Source: an uncultured Pseudomonadota bacterium (lineage in GTDB: Bacteria > Pseudomonadota > Alphaproteobacteria > RF32 > CAG-239). Taken from it: DNA of 64,000 bases. The notes below the pieces were generated by a model, which was given only the letters and a program-made list of their open reading frames with translations, did not search any database and was not told where the DNA came from. Each line of letters begins with the position of its first letter. Positions within the stretch are counted from its first letter, which is position 1. Below are positions 63,494 through 64,000 of the stretch, piece after piece. The DNA lies in assembly GCA_949295085.1 (NCBI GenBank), contig CASFJS010000004.1, positions 13,372-77,371 of the forward strand, given 5' to 3'. A program made the position numbers and the translations under genes.

Positions 63494-63523
63494 GTTCGGA
63501 TTCTCCTTATCTCAGGGGTTAAA

Positions 63524-64000
63524 TTATTCTTCCATCTCCGCATCAAAATCAAAATCATACATCGGCGTTTCTTCTTCCGTGGCAAACCGACATTGCACCT
63601 GCCGCTGGTTTTGCAGATAGGCGGAACGAATGGCTGCATAAGGATCAACCGCGTTTTTCGTCAGGCCCAGATACAAGTCCATATAGCTCTCAAGCTTCGA
63701 TACATACTTGACCGCGGTGTACGGATACGAAATCTTGGCGCTGTAATTGGCGTCGTTATAGGTCATCCAATAAACCGGATCGGCGACAAAGTCTGCCATT
63801 GATCCGACAAAATTGCGCGGGTTTGACGGCCCAATAAACGGCACAACCAAATACGGCCCGTCGGCAATGCACCAGCTGGCCATTGTTTCGCCGAGCGAGG
63901 TTTGATCCTGCACCAGTCCCCAGCCGCCGGCAACGTCAAACAATCCGGCCAAACCCAGAGTCGAGTTAATGACAAACCGGCTTACGCTGATGGCAACCGC
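63524..64000 (-). CDS. mlaA: MlaA/VacJ lipoprotein (5' end outside window)
   Basis: RFVINSTLGLAGLFDVA, GPYLVVPFIGPS, DPYAAIRSAYLQ. Confidence 0.9.
   Translation of the reverse strand, partial: AVAISVSRFVINSTLGLAGLFDVAGGWGLVQDQTSLGETMASWCIADGPYLVVPFIGPSNPRNFVGSMADFVADPVYWMTYNDANYSAKISYPYTAVKYVSKLESYMDLYLGLTKNAVDPYAAIRSAYLQNQRQVQCRFATEEETPMYDFDFDAEMEE

Overview
Bacterial chromosomal segment whose gene order (secB-Tim44-mltA-Smr, lpxA-lpxI-lpxB, RpoH-type promoters, a CtrA-type box, mlaA/mlaC) points to an Alphaproteobacterium; an anaerobic gut lineage is inferred from Bacteroidota/Firmicutes-like gap, DpsL and asnS. Most of the window is housekeeping: glycolysis, aminoacyl-tRNA synthetases, clpB, lipid A, a partial Bat/vWA cluster and glycosyltransferases. 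The standout is a visibly AT-rich ~6 kb island (27373-33350) bounded by two 30-bp elements that are exact reverse complements, apparently sitting in the terminator after eno. It encodes a SLOG protein, an MccF-like S66 peptidase, a stand-alone alanyl-tRNA-synthetase-core paralog, a HIT hydrolase, a P-loop kinase, a radical SAM/SPASM enzyme and a possible 7-codon ORF, which I read as a candidate aminoacyl-nucleotide biosynthesis/immunity system. Other notable items: an Ile-rich leader peptide before a type-2 ileS, a short FLG(I/L)K module shared by five unrelated glycan enzymes, a structured attenuator-like leader before a glycan operon, a C10 tract in a glycosyltransferase and an orphan tRNA-Phe 3' half. 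All protein calls come from motif recognition by eye; no searches were run.
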